A DNA stretch of 62,505 nt, the filler included, from Choristocarpus tenellus KU-1152 (taxonomy: Eukaryota; Protista; Phaeophyceae), in assembly GCA_964200185.2 (NCBI GenBank). It is 10 parts of 10 records of this genome, joined end to end, with 100 filler letters (N's around TTAATTAATTAA, not from the genome) between each part and the next. Parts side by side here need not be neighbours in the genome. Positions count along the whole stretch, not along the records: positions 35,248 to 38,577 come from CAXNAD020020761.1; positions 38,678 to 48,265 come from CAXNAD020003554.1; positions 48,366 to 54,640 come from CAXNAD020008505.1; 7 more parts are not named here. One strand, written 5' to 3'. Positions 37,536-50,486 of this stretch are shown here, in pieces. The translations under genes were made by a program, and so were the position numbers. The notes under the pieces are model-generated. The model searched no databases, was not told the origin of the DNA, and saw only the letters and a list, made by a program, of their open reading frames with translations. Each line of letters starts with the position of its first letter. Position 1 is the first letter of the stretch.

Positions 37536-38577
37536 TCCTAGTTTTTGTACAGTGGCGCTTAGAAGCTGGGCGTTTTGTTTCAGGGCCGTCTAATCAGGCA
37601 TTGAATAACCTCAACCTGATGGCGTCCAATGAAGCAATAGATTCTTCCATGTGGTAACTGGACTTATTAAAACAATATCTGGACTACATAAGGATTTACC
37701 AGTGTTCAAATTCGTTCACGAGGGACAATTGATCCTCACACAGTGGAAATCACGATTAATTGGGGTTCTAAGGACCTTTTTTGTGCAACAGGATGGGTCA
37801 TGGGAAGGTTAAACAGCCTGCCATCACGATATATTGAGGCTGGCAAGTGCATTGAAAAGATCGGAACCCTCGCGTTCTACAGGGATACTTTTGGTCCACA
37901 GGGGAGTCCTAGTGCTTGCATAGTGGCACGTAGAAGTTGAAAGGTCGATCGGGGAAGGAGTGAAAAGGGAAAGTGAAAGAGGGGGGCTTGTAAGCTCCAT
38001 TCAACAACCTGATACGTCATCAGGAAGCAATGGTCATATGAAATGAGGAAAAAGACCTTGGTATAACTTCTACGGGAAGAATACTTTAAAGGTATACCTT
38101 GGCAGGAAGGTGACTACCGCATAATTATATATTAATATTTCAATATTATTTTCTATTTTACCATTTAAGATACAAATAAAATATAAAATTGCAGACAAGT
38201 ACATTGTCGTGTGTTTGGTATTTAGGTGACCGAGGTGATCGTGACTTCAAGATGCATTTTGACACTATATACTAGATTTTTACATTCATTCGTCAAGGGC
38301 AAATGCGTGAATAATATATAAAAGTAAATTTCCACGTATATATGGCTCCTAATATTCTCACTACATGTACGTACAAGTTCATGATTTTGGATGAAGAAAG
38401 TTATTGAAAGATTTGAAAGAGTATGTAGTTTAGGAAAGTAGGGTTTCTGTTGTTATACCGTTATTGCCGTTTGCCATATACCTTCATTCCGATTACACTG
38501 TCACTACACAAAACAGTGGATCGAGATAATGGCGGATGGATTATTTCATGGAGGATAGATTTTTCTCAAAATGGTGC

Positions 38578-38677
38578 NNNNNNNNNNNNNNNNNNNNNNN
38601 NNNNNNNNNNNNNNNNNNNNNTTAATTAATTAANNNNNNNNNNNNNNNNNNNNNNNNNNNNNNNNNNNNNNNNNNNN
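38578..38677. other. Artificial contig linker
   Basis: N44-TTAATTAATTAA-N44. Confidence 0.98.
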
Positions 38678-38967
38678 CGCAAAGTGGTCCCCATGGACGA
38701 GTGGATGCCTTAATCTGAGGTGTGCATACTGCTTGGCTACTTCCCCTCTATCTTGGTGTAACCGTCCCTTCAGAACATGCACAGTAAAATGTGCAGCATC
38801 CACACGTCCATGGAGACCACTTATTTTTGCGGTCCCTGAACCTGGTCGATGATCGTTCAAGAGATGGCGTGTAATCGTAGCCACAAGTTCAAATAAAACA
38901 ACGACCAACATGACATCCGCTGGGCCAAAAATGAGCCTTTTTGCTACCATGTCGTCCTCCTCATCTA

Positions 38968-39994
38968 AACAATAGCAAAGAGTATAGCACAGCGATAAAG
39001 AAGGTTGAACTGAGCAGCGAAAAAAAGTGGACACGAAATTATCTTCTAGTAGTAATAGTAAAGGTAGCCATCGGAAAGGAAAGCAGGCTATCGACGTTTA
39101 AAGAAGTTTGGTCATGAATCAGGACACACATACCTGGAAACGAGCAACCCACCATGAGTCGGAAATTTACATTGCTGGGACTATAAGTAATGGCTTGGGT
39201 ATTTATTTTACCTGAATTGGCTTCGCATCCCACATGTTGTCGTTTCCTATGGTAAAATGTGCCTTCACCATTTCTAAAATTTCCCTAAGGCACTGATATC
39301 ACTTTCCATCCTTGACAAGACATCCATGGAATCAGGCTGGGAGACCACCAGCAATTCCCCCGTGCGATGTTTATCGAGAACAGAGTCTGGAATGAGCAGG
39401 CACAGGTGGCTTGTTTCACGATGAGGGGGTCAGCGCAAGGTAGATAACCTAGGGTTATTATGGCTGCGTGACCCCTTCCGTCGTCAAATGGTAGGTATTG
39501 CCTGCCTGAACTATCGACACGTAGCAAATCACACTGATCCTGTGCACACTGTGTGACACCCTGCCCCCAACCTATTGTAGCATACGTCTCAATCTACCAG
39601 CAAGGTGTGGGGTATGTCAACCGCAGAGTGACTCACGCAGCACTGCTTCTATTCAATAGAGGTCGTGGTGAGTTTCACAGATACATGGTATTGAAACTTA
39701 TTGTTCTGGTTCATTACTTGGACTTCATCTCATGGTAGTTGGAAGACAATGGCAAAGATTATAGCACAGCGATAAAGAAGGACGAACTGAGCAGTGACAA
39801 AAAGTGGACACGAAATTATCTTCTAGTACTAATAGTAATGGCAGCCATCGAAAGGGAAGCAGGCTATTGGTATTTAAAGAAGTTCGGTCATGAATCAGGA
39901 CACACATACCTGGAAACGAGCAATCCACTATGAGTCGGACATTCACGTTGCTGGGACTATAGGTGATAGCTTGGATGTGTATGTTACCTGAATT
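38968..39994 (+). repeat. ~250-bp diverged direct repeat pair (38968-39218 and 39746-39994) around a ~530-bp spacer
   Basis: Colinear shared blocks, e.g. gcacagcgataaagaagg, aagtggacacgaaattatcttctagta, ggtcatgaatcaggacacacatacctggaaacgagcaa. Confidence 0.9.
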
Positions 39995-41790
39995 ATCTTC
40001 TTCACAAGCGCTAAGCATGGCGCGGTCTCGTGGACAGATCGGTCACGGAGACAGTAGGCCTCGGACAGCGTGGAGCCCAGAAGCACCCAGTTGGCATCAC
40101 TAACGTGCACATGTTTTATTGTGCATAGCATCAAGCGTAAGATTCCATCGGCCCAGCCCATGTCGATGAATAATCGACGACCCGAGGAGACTGGGAAGGA
40201 GGTTACACGGCAAAGGAGGAGGTGATTGTTCTGGGGATGGAGATCCTATTGTAAGCGAGCAGAGTCCCCGTGAAACCATCTGTCTTACTTAAAATGTTTG
40301 CCCAAACTATTCCTCATATCAAGTGCAAATGAAATATGAGTTTAGATGGGGCAGATTTATCCACCACCGCCGTTGGTCGGAAAAGGATAGGCAATACACG
40401 AATTGACCTATTCCTCGTTACGTTCGAGGATTTGGTTCGACTACAACTATTTGTGTCATCTTGGCAGTTTCTCACCTCAGTCGCGTATTACGATGGACGA
40501 GGAGACGAGTTTTCATGCCTTGCTAGGTTGGGAGTTTACCTTCCCTAGCTGCATACGCATTTTCTGGTACAGGTATGGTCGTAGGCGAGCATTCATTGTC
40601 ATGTTTTGTACACCACTCCTTGCATAACGTTTCATGACGTTTCATGACACTAGAAAAGTTGGAAGTTTACAAATGCGTTACAGACTTGTTTTTGGAGTGC
40701 GGGTTACTATATTTAATATAGGGTTCTGGACTGAAAAGGTCTCCACCTTGTCCCCATCCTATCTTGGGAAAGCCTCCGGTGTAAAATTGTTGGGGAGGAT
40801 TGTAGAGAAGTTGAAAAATAGAAGTAGAAGTGGGCATCTCACGAACAAACGTTGTTTGTAACTATATTCCTGTAATAAGGAGAGTAAACCGGGAGAGAAT
40901 CACAATAAAAACTTCTGTGCAAAGTGAAGTATGTACTATTTCCTAAGAGGTCGCTCAATCCTCTGGAAATGATATACTGGCGCAGAGACTCAGATCGTAA
41001 CAAAATAGGTGACATGAAATATTTTTGTTGTAGAAGTAACGATGTTGTATGAAGGAGGGGTTGTGAGGTGGGATAGACTTCTTTGATTGGCAATGAGATA
41101 CATCAACTACTGTGAATGTAGCATTGTTTTCTCTCCTTGTGGGAATCCAAAGCAAGGGTACCCCTGAACGATGATAATGAAAAGGTGATGCAAGGCAAGT
41201 AAGTCTCGAGGGTGAGAGTGGGGATACAGGCGGCAAGGGCAGACCTTTTCCCCTCACTTGCCATCAGAGTACCCAATGACATCAGTTTCAGCTGTACAGA
41301 GGACAAGGGCATATGGGTGTGTTTGGTGTGTGTGTGCATGTGTGTGCCATATGTTGTCTTATATTGTGCTATCCAGGGTTGCACACTATCACCTACCACT
41401 GAATTGACACTTTTTAGAAGAAGAGAAATGAAGCGAAGGATGACAAATTTACTATTCGAGAACACTCGATACGTTTAACAAAACTGGCATAGTGCATAAA
41501 ATGGTAGGAAATATTTAATTAAAGGCATGCGCCCCTCCTTGGTGGTATCTCAGGAAGCACTGAGTCTTTAACTCAAAGTGAATAAAGTACATGATAAGGT
41601 AGGAAGGAAGACGGGGGGGGGGGGGGAAGGAAGCTGAGGCATGTGACTCAACTCCCTGCAAAGAATAAGATACTATTTTGTATAGTGAATAGTTTTTATT
41701 CAACTATCTTCAAAAATACAGTACTGTATAGTACGGTGAGTAGCAGACTGAACTGACCTTGTTCTCTCTTCTCACTTCATTTAAGGTCAG

Positions 41791-41964
41791 TTTGGGAAGT
41801 ACAAGCTGATTTGCTGGAGGTACGCTGGATTATTTTTCACTCTGAGGGCGGATGTATCAGACGATGAGCAGCTGGACCTGGAGACAATTCCTCTTTTTGT
41901 AGAACTTCTGGAGGTATATCGTTCAAATATGTGCGAGCTGAACATTGTGTTTAACATCACCAAG
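41791..41964 (+). pseudogene. AP2S1: Decayed exon of clathrin adaptor AP-2 sigma (small) subunit
   Basis: FGKYKLICWRYAGLFFTLRADVSDDEQLDLETIPLFVELLEVYRSNMCELNIVFNITK versus the conserved sigma-2 pattern YK..YRRYAGLFF...VD..DNEL..LE.IHLFVE.LD.YF.NVCELDIVFNF.K. Many invariant residues are changed, the donor reads GC, and no flanking exons were found. Confidence 0.82.
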
Positions 41965-44900
41965 GCGAATATTAATATTTCAATGACCTTTTGTGTTTTT
42001 TACAATGAGAGTTCAGCACTTGATATTAATGCAAGTTTTTCTTACAAACATCATGTTGGAAGTAGTGTAATTAATTTAGAATGTAGTGAGGTAATAGTAA
42101 GAATAATAACAGGCAAGTTAGTGTTAGGGAAGACTTGGTCCTATTAACATAGACTGTAAAGACATGCATCCCAATCGATGTGACATCCAGACCATTCCGG
42201 ATAGTTGTTGGAAGGCTTGCATGTGTCTCAGAAAAATCAAGGACCGTTCCTGTTCAGTTACAAACATATCTGATTTATTTACGTGCACTGGGGCACATCC
42301 TCACAAATCAAACCATGTAGGGGTTAACTGCTTTGTTTGTGGATCCCAATTCATTTGTACCCGTTTACGTTTCTTAGAGTGATGTGGGACAAGCCTTCAA
42401 ATGACCTGGCGAGATGTTGACCAATCAAGAGACTGTGATTTCACAACGTGTTGTTCGTAGATAGTGCTGCTGATACACGTAGACTCCACTGGTGGATTAG
42501 ATAATAGGATGGAGAGCCAGTAACAGATTTATTGTATGTACTGACTCATAGTGTTGATTGGTTTTAGATCATCTTCAAGATACACTTCCTATACTTAAGA
42601 TAAGTAAATAAGTAATTCATAGTAAACTAGTGTGGACGGTTACAAACCCCACACTAAAGAGTAATGATGGTAATTGAGGCTAGAGTTTTACCCACGAGCT
42701 CAGTCTGCGGAATCGAGACCGCAAAGGCCCTTGTAATTCTAACGTTGTTCATCTATATCAAGCTGTTCTTTGTCCTTCATTAAAGCACCATAAAAGTCGC
42801 GGGTCCAGCGTGGGATAGTTCAACACGTGTCTCATAAGCACAACAACTAATTGGGGAGGGTTTTCAAGTCAATGCATTCGTATGGAGGAATCAGTTGTAC
42901 ACATGTTGCGGATAGGGGAGTGGTAAAGACAAGTATTTGTACATGTTTTATAGGTGAGGGAGTAATACAGACAAATATTTGTACGCATTTGCAGAGGATG
43001 AGTCATATTGGTATGAGATGTATTTGTAACCATGTTGGATGGGAAGGGGTTACTGAAAACTCATTTGTGCTCATTTGCACTCATTTGTGAGGCACCAATA
43101 CATGAGGTATGATCGTTTTTTCCAACTTGAAAAAGAGTAAAGGCAACCCCAACAGGTATCAGGCGTGGGTACATGGCACACTAGAGATGCCATGTTACTC
43201 AGTACACTGCTGGGGCTTCCACCACATGCCATTTGGAAAGGGGGGTAGTATTATTTGAACAAGACTGGCTAGTACTATCATAGAAGAAGAACGGTACAAT
43301 GCGTACAGCATGTAATTTCAGTAGTGTGATAGTAAGCTAAGATTTGTACACAGATATTGTTTGCTGTTTGTGACCATGAGAGTCGTATCTGTATACAAAG
43401 GTAAGGTGGGTCCAAATCAGCAATACACACGTAACTGCTCTCGGTGAAAGGAACAAATCATGTTTGCATGCTGTTCTACAAAGGTTATAGGAACAGATCG
43501 AATCATTCCTCAACATTGAGTTGTACTCACTCAGCACATGATTTGTGGCACAAGATTTCCTGGGTAGAAATGGCTTTTTTGTACCATGTTCAACACTCCT
43601 TGAACCTTGAGGTGAAATAGTTCCAGACATTTTTTATCAATGGAATGATTTGTGAAGCGGGAAAGAGTTAAATCGTGATTTGTCTGATGCGGGAAAGCTT
43701 GACTCTTTTGGAAGTATGAGCTATAGACCGCAGGGGATTATGGGAGATGTATCAATGTTATTGTTGATATTATTATCATGTCCTTAGTATAACGGTACAG
43801 GGGGGATTGATGCTAGGTATTGTTAGTTTTTGCACAGGCAAGAACCTTTGATTGGTGTAATGAGAATAGGGTATAGTCTCCTTGGCTTTGTTAGAGATCA
43901 TAATCACAATGGAACTACTTGTGGTGAGGAGTTTAGTAGCACTTCCTGGCTGTACTTGTATGTACTTGTATGATGGGATCAGAGACATTGCTATTGAAAT
44001 ATGAATAGAAGGACAGGTCACCAAAATACAAAAATGTTGTGAGCTGAAGACAAGCCAAAATTTTGTCAAAAGAATTTCCGATTGTAATTGTTGAGAAAGA
44101 TTATGAGGGATGATTTTATAGAAGGTGGTTGATGGACAAAGGATTGGGCTTTCTTTTCTTCTTTTGAAATGCTTTACTAACGACATTCAGAAGCATGGTT
44201 TTGGAGAGTAGCGTGTAACAATCTGTATTGCACGCTAATTTTGTTGGTGCTTGAAGTCACAATCATTTCATCAGGTGTGGCAGATTATCACACTTGCTGA
44301 GAATCTCAGCAGTGTGTGTTTAGAGGTGTTTTCTGTAACAGAGATGATGTGTTGTACACCCAATAAGGAAGGGAGGGATGAAGTCGTATGGTAGATATGG
44401 GTGTCAATACATGGTATGGCAAGTTATGTTCTCCTATCAGGTTGTGTACCACATCTCACCTGAAGTTGATATTCATGGTCTTGAAGATTTCAACTAACTC
44501 CCCAATATTGTTTAAATGCTATAGTAAGAAGATTGAGCAGGTTGCAGGACAAGTCTGACCTATTGAGTCATGAAGTAGAGAACTATTAGTACTGATGGTT
44601 GGTATTCTATTGGTGTATGGTGTATACCATACCATGCGCTAGTATGATTAGGACAAACACCGCCCAAACTCGCTACCAAATCTGACCTAGGGTCCCCAGG
44701 GGAAGATCATGTTGTTGTGAGGTTGAGTGGGATAGTGTAGGACAAGAAGGCCGCAATGGGGGAGAGATCGTTTCACCACTTGGCCATTAGTCAAAACATA
44801 CAATATTTATGTATTGTTAAGCTTTTCTTGTCAAGTTAGGCAGTGAATGATAGTAAATAGTGAGGTTGAAATGAAGTGTTGTCCCTTGTTTGACGATCTG

Positions 44901-46382
44901 ATGTTGGTGATTGTTGTCGGTATTAGTTTATTTATATCTTAGTGTGCGTCCGTTTGTATTGAAGGTGGGCTGTGCCTTGTGGCAGAGATAAAGGAAAGAA
45001 ACATGCCAAGTAGAAGTTTTTGTGCTCGTCTTGTCCTTCTGAGGGCTTGCATGAACCTTTTGCGAGGTCACTTACTCTATTGAAAGGTTCTATTAGTATG
45101 AAAGGTTGGGATGGATGAGGTTAGATGCAAACACTGCACTTGAAGCATTTTGTGCCTCCGTGATGATATGCTTGTACTTAGTATGTAGCTGTAGTGTTAC
45201 TAACAACAATAATGTTTTTGAGTACTTGTGAACATACCGCGGTGCAAATGGCATGTAAACAGTACGTACATGCTTTTTTCAGAAACCGATCTTTCCAAGA
45301 CAAACTAAATTGTAAGTTGTTTGTTGATGATGACCGCCCACTGGCTATCATGCAATTACAAAAGGAAGAGGTGGTCCTGATTAGCACATTGGTTGTGTCT
45401 CAGTCTAGCAATGAGCGACTATTATAGTGGATCAGTCTACCACGATACTACTCTTTTATGAATCCAACAAACAAGTACTCATTCAGTAGTACACAACATA
45501 ATAATGCTGCAAATTCTTTTTTGGAGTGGTCACAGGTAATATTGTTGGGGTATGAAATAAAATATCGATTGGACAGATAGATGTATGCAGGAAAATATTG
45601 TACTACACAATATCTCCATCTGCATCAATGAGGAGTGTCAAATTGAGGAAATGATAATAGACGTGTCATGATTGGGATCCAAGGAGATACCTAGAATAGC
45701 TTGAGATACCAACAATAGATATTCCGACTAGAGTGGGGAAGAACAGGCGCAGTACGTGTATATACCTTATTTTGTCATCCTCTACGACATCTTTCCAGGT
45801 CACCCATTCAATTTTTTTTAGAAAAGGTACAAATTCTTTCGATCATCCAATTGGTTTACGATCTAGCTCCATTATTGCACGATTTTATATAACAAGTAAT
45901 AACAAGTACAAGGCCACTGTTCACCCTGTTATTCTACCCCGTACACATTGAACCTTAATTTAGAGGAAGAACAGGGCGTCCATCACCAAACTAGCTATTG
46001 ATGAGTATGAAGTGAACAAGACTATGAAAGAGTTAAGACTGTACAATCAGAATTTAAGTGCCACTGACATGTTATATCTGACATGTGACACTATCCACTG
46101 AATATCCTCTCCTATAGACTTGTCTTGTTAAGGTAGAGGCTTTCTGCATGATAGCTCCCTTACTATCCTCATAGTAAAAAAAACCCCAAAACCTAGTGCG
46201 TATAGCTAGTACAACATCAAGAGGAATATCCTTAGTGTACTACAGGGGCTGATACGCATGAAAGCCAGGGCAACTCTTCCCCCTCTCCCTTCAATTCTAT
46301 TCATCCTCTCTAACACACAGACACGCCTTCCCTTTGTCCTCTCTCCTTCTTTTTTTGTTGTTGTGGGCCTGGTGCTGTCCAG

Positions 46383-47156
46383 GATTAGATGCTGAGTTCT
46401 ATTTCTGAGGCAGTGAGGGATGGTGGTGTACTCCTGTTTGCGACGGATGTTTTTGAGGAGAGTTTCCCCACACAAAAGGTGTTTTTATTTCCCACAAATA
46501 TTTGTGTTTTTTTTCATGTTTCCTGAAATGATCATTTTTTGGAACAGGCCTTTGCTGCACTGGCTGACAACCTTACACCCCCACTATAAGCACACATATC
46601 CGCACACCTACAAACACCTGCACTGAGAGAGACCTGTTTGTTCCTCCATGTTTTAGGGGCCGGGAGGGGGGGTCTCAGCAGTGAAGGTGGGCCTGCCTCT
46701 GGTGTCAATCATCAATATAGGTCTTGGACAAAACTCTAAGCCCGTCCCCAGGCATTCCCTGGTGTATTTGTAAGACTGCACCTTCTGGGTTGTACAGTTG
46801 TAAGACCCAATCCCAGTACTCACAGAGGGCTTGGGTAGACTTCAAGCAAGTAATGTTTGGATCCCCCTCCCCCACCCCCCCCAACTGTTTTGGAGGTGCT
46901 TGAATGCCTGTCAACCTCCAACAAAGCTCTGTTGGTTGCAGTGAACAAGGTAGACTTAGTAGGAAATCCTGTGGGTGCCAGGAGGATAGTAGAGATAGAG
47001 GAGCAAGAACGGCCAAACAAGCTGTCCAAGACAAGGCAGGAGGAGGTAGGGGTCAGTCAGTCCCTGGAGGATGTCCTGGAGAGATGGGTTAGGGCGTTTT
47101 TTCCTGATGTAATTATGCTCCGCGTCTCTCCATTGGAAGGTATCAACACTGCAAAG
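46383..47156 (+). pseudogene. Two decayed exons (46383-46478, 46896-47156) of an Era-like GTPase
   Basis: D*MLSSISEAVRDGGVLLFATDVFEESFPTQK|VLECLSTSNKALLVAVNKVDL...ERWVRAFFPDVIMLRVSPLEGINTAK. Has G4 NKVD and a degenerate G5 (SAL to SPL), an in-frame TAG, and no recognisable G1-G3 exons. Confidence 0.7.
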
Positions 47157-48179
47157 GTGAATGTAATTTTACAAATATGTATGTGTTTGTTGTCTGACAA
47201 CTATTCTTTGGGGAGGGAGGGATGGCTACATGCAAGAGCAGGAAATAGTTGTGTGTTGTGTGTTTCTATGTTGGAACCTGAGTACAGATTTCAGTTTTTT
47301 TCAAGCACAGTATTCCATTATTTTCTTTGTAAGCATAATAAATAGTTGCATATACGATCATTGATAGTAGTGTTATACTGAAGGATGAAGAGGGGGGGAT
47401 GTATCAGTGTGAGTGCATGTTTTTGAGATTATTGTCTCTGCTTTGGGGAGTGTGAGTGAAGGGGGGTGATTGAAGGGGATGTCTACGAAGGAGGCGAAGA
47501 GGGTGCAGATAAAGAGTATAAAGTGATTGTGTTTTTGTTTCTCGATAAGTGGTTAATATTGGCTGTCAGGGCCACCTTTGAGGATTTCATTGCGAACCAC
47601 TTGTTGATAGTATTTCTTTTATTTTTCTGTGTGAATTCGAGGTGAAGGTAGTTTGGACAAGAGTTAGTTGAGAGGTTTTCTTGCCTTGAAAAAGAGAACC
47701 CTTTAATTTGCACTCTCACCCTTGCAGCCATGGCCTCAAAACCCCTCCCTACAAACTCCAATATTCACACACTCTTAGTATGTATGCACTATATATAGTA
47801 TTCACAGGGTTAGGGGTTAGGATCAGAACAAACAATTACAATACATGGATTTACTAGCCCAACTCCTTCACCCAGGACTTACCCCGAACAGAGTACTGAT
47901 CTACACCTCCGGGGGTGTACTGTCCCGCCTTTCTCGATTAAACTCCTGACTAGAGCACTTTTTTTTTTGGTGAACTCATCCATGAATGTGGCAAGCATTT
48001 TATTTTTTAATTCCTAAGTACGCCTCCCCAATGGACTCACGAGTAACCGTGAGGGGAGTGCGACTGTCTATAATTTTTGAGGGCCCCTCTGAATTTCTAG
48101 TAGGAGCATATTTTTCGAGTACCTTTTGACCGTTTTATGGACAGTTTTAGTATGCAGGTAACAAGTTGTCCTTATAGCC

Positions 48180-48211
<32 letters not shown>

Positions 48212-48265
48212 TTTGTTTTTTTCTCCCTTAACAACAAAAAAACGCCGAATGTAAGTCATACACAC

Positions 48266-48365
48266 NNNNNNNNNNNNNNNNNNNNNNNNNNNNNNNNNNN
48301 NNNNNNNNNTTAATTAATTAANNNNNNNNNNNNNNNNNNNNNNNNNNNNNNNNNNNNNNNNNNNN
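48266..48365. other. Artificial contig linker
   Basis: N44-TTAATTAATTAA-N44. Confidence 0.98.
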
Positions 48366-48485
48366 CTGCAGTAGTATATCAGGATACACCCTCAATAGGG
48401 TCCTGTGCGGTGTGCCCCAACCCTGCCCGCCCTCCTTGCCCACCCCCCCAGTACATCACCTCAAAAAGCTGCAAGAGTGTCTCAC

Positions 48486-50486
48486 CTCAGAGTTAGTCCC
48501 AGCGGCATTCAGGTTCCCAGCTCCTGCTTCCATGTCTACTTCCACACAGGCCCCCTCACGCCTTGCTCCAGCCCTGGTTGCCAAACCTACGCTGGCATCG
48601 ACCCGCTCTCCTGTCGACAAAATCTGTGCATGCTTCCGGCCCTTACCGCAACCACTACCTAGACTATTTGCCAGGCATGTTGTTCCACCAACAGTGTTGA
48701 GGCAAGGGTTTGGCACAACTGTTTGCATCATCACCGGAATGGGGTCAGGCCCATTGCTGAAGTGCGTGACATGGGCTCCACTGTAGCCAGCAGCCACCAA
48801 AAAGCAGTGTGATCGCTGTCAGGATGGCAGGGGAAGGACAGGTGCATCAGAAAAGGACAATTTGCATACACTGCAATGGATGGGGTGCATACAGGAGACA
48901 GACATTCCAGGTCGCATCACGTGCATACTGTTGAGTATATAATGGTACGTGGTTGATCGTAGGGTCCAAGCAGGTTGCAATATTTGACAAGTCTGAAGTT
49001 AAACAGAGCCATCACGAAAATATAATAAGGAGTACTAGGAGCACAGAAAACAATATAAATTGAAGAATTCTGGCAAGCACACAATGCATCACAACACAAC
49101 TCAACCTTGCTCTAATGAAAAGAACAGATTGCTGCATCCACCATATATCAAAGCCGAAACAAAATGTAGATACCGCTCAAGAACTCAGCAAAACGTGGGA
49201 TGGATGGAAGAGTAGCAAGCAGCACCCAAGGATCCTGCGACTTAAGCATAGGTGGTCCTACGCCCCAGAAGGGATTGGACAGGCTATTCATTATTCCCTG
49301 ACCCACCTCAGCTTGGGTATGTTCCTCAGGCGGGATGAACGCTACAGTAAGCACAGCCACCACTGATGCTGGGGGAGTAGTCTCAATATCTATTTCATCG
49401 AAGTCAGAGAAATGCATCTTACCCCGTATGTTGCTCCCACCAAAAACTCCAGCCTGGCTCTGGGAGGAGATAATGGCGTAAGTGTTGCTTTATTGAGCAG
49501 AAGGAGAAGTTGGACTGGCAATTAGCACTAGGGGAGGGAAGTGTACAAGTGTATCTTCTAAGCACAGAAAAGGTGAATTCTGGTTGTCTCTTGATCGACG
49601 AACGTAGAACAATCGTAACATCACAGGTTGGTTGGGGGGGGGGTTCGTGACATGCAAAGCTTAATAGTCGAACGGCATCGTGCTTGCCATCGCCTCCCAT
49701 GTGCAGCAACCCTGTCCATCTCTCCTGCACATTGTAGGTTCGAAGAAAGGCTGTACAACCCATAAGCTTGACCTCCCACCTCAAAATCATATATCTGTGG
49801 AATCACCCTCGAACCGAACGTCCAAACTTGTCCACTCTGGATACTATCCATCGGAGCTTGATCCAACCCACCCAAGAAGTCTTATTCATCTATCTTCACG
49901 CACATCGACAGCAACAATGGGACATTCCCACGGCACCAGCCCTTCACGGTTGAGCCTCCGGCACATAGCATCCTTCCAGGTTGAAGTATTGTCCCCCAAG
50001 GTCTGACTATCCAAGGCCAGGATTGCCAGGTTGGGTCGCCCTGGAGGTGAAATCTGAAGGATAAGAGAATTTTAAGGGATCCAGCTTAGTGGGGACATAG
50101 GAGATCTTGCTAACGAATACGTGGTGAGCAAAGGTGAGGGGTCGACTTATGACGAGCGTGCATCACGGCCTGGTGAAGCAATGAATCCTTTGAAATCAGA
50201 TCAAACTTGAAAACACAAAATAGACACAACAGCTTCTAGAAAATTTATACATTCCCAGCTGACACACGTCACCGCACACCTCCTCAGGCTTTGCAAAGTC
50301 TTCAATGATCATGTCGATATCTCCTTTTGTAGACAACGTTTGGGACCAGAAAACATCCCATCGAGCTTGTTCGTTCGCCTCCCTGAGGATGCGACAGCAA
50401 CACACCAGTCGTGCATTGTCTCCCCAAGGAAGATAGCCCATCACTCGTTGTTGGGAGTCTTGCGACAGGGCTTCAAAAGTCGCCAT
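48486..50486 (-). CDS. F-box protein with a probable FIST-like domain (FBXO22-like architecture). Exons 50486-50280, 50053-49904, 49459-49307, 48815-48486; 3' end off contig
   Basis: N-terminal F-box pattern FEALSQDSQQRVMGYLPWGDNARLVCCCRILR and four phase-0 GT-AG exons. CPIVAVDSQAGVFGG...VAVLTVAFIP and VGG resemble FIST-N (inferred). Confidence 0.72.

Noticed and set aside
37620-37940. Tyrosine-recombinase (DIRS/Crypton) remnant
   Set aside because: Only vague resemblance; no HxxR or catalytic Tyr motif recoverable
7099-46388. Alternative genetic code (TAA/TAG = Gln) suggested by in-frame stops in the LRR 5' region and the Era exon
   Set aside because: Long intact exons (e.g. 12313-13157) have no internal TAA/TAG, and intact genes terminate at TAG/TAA; decay explains the stops
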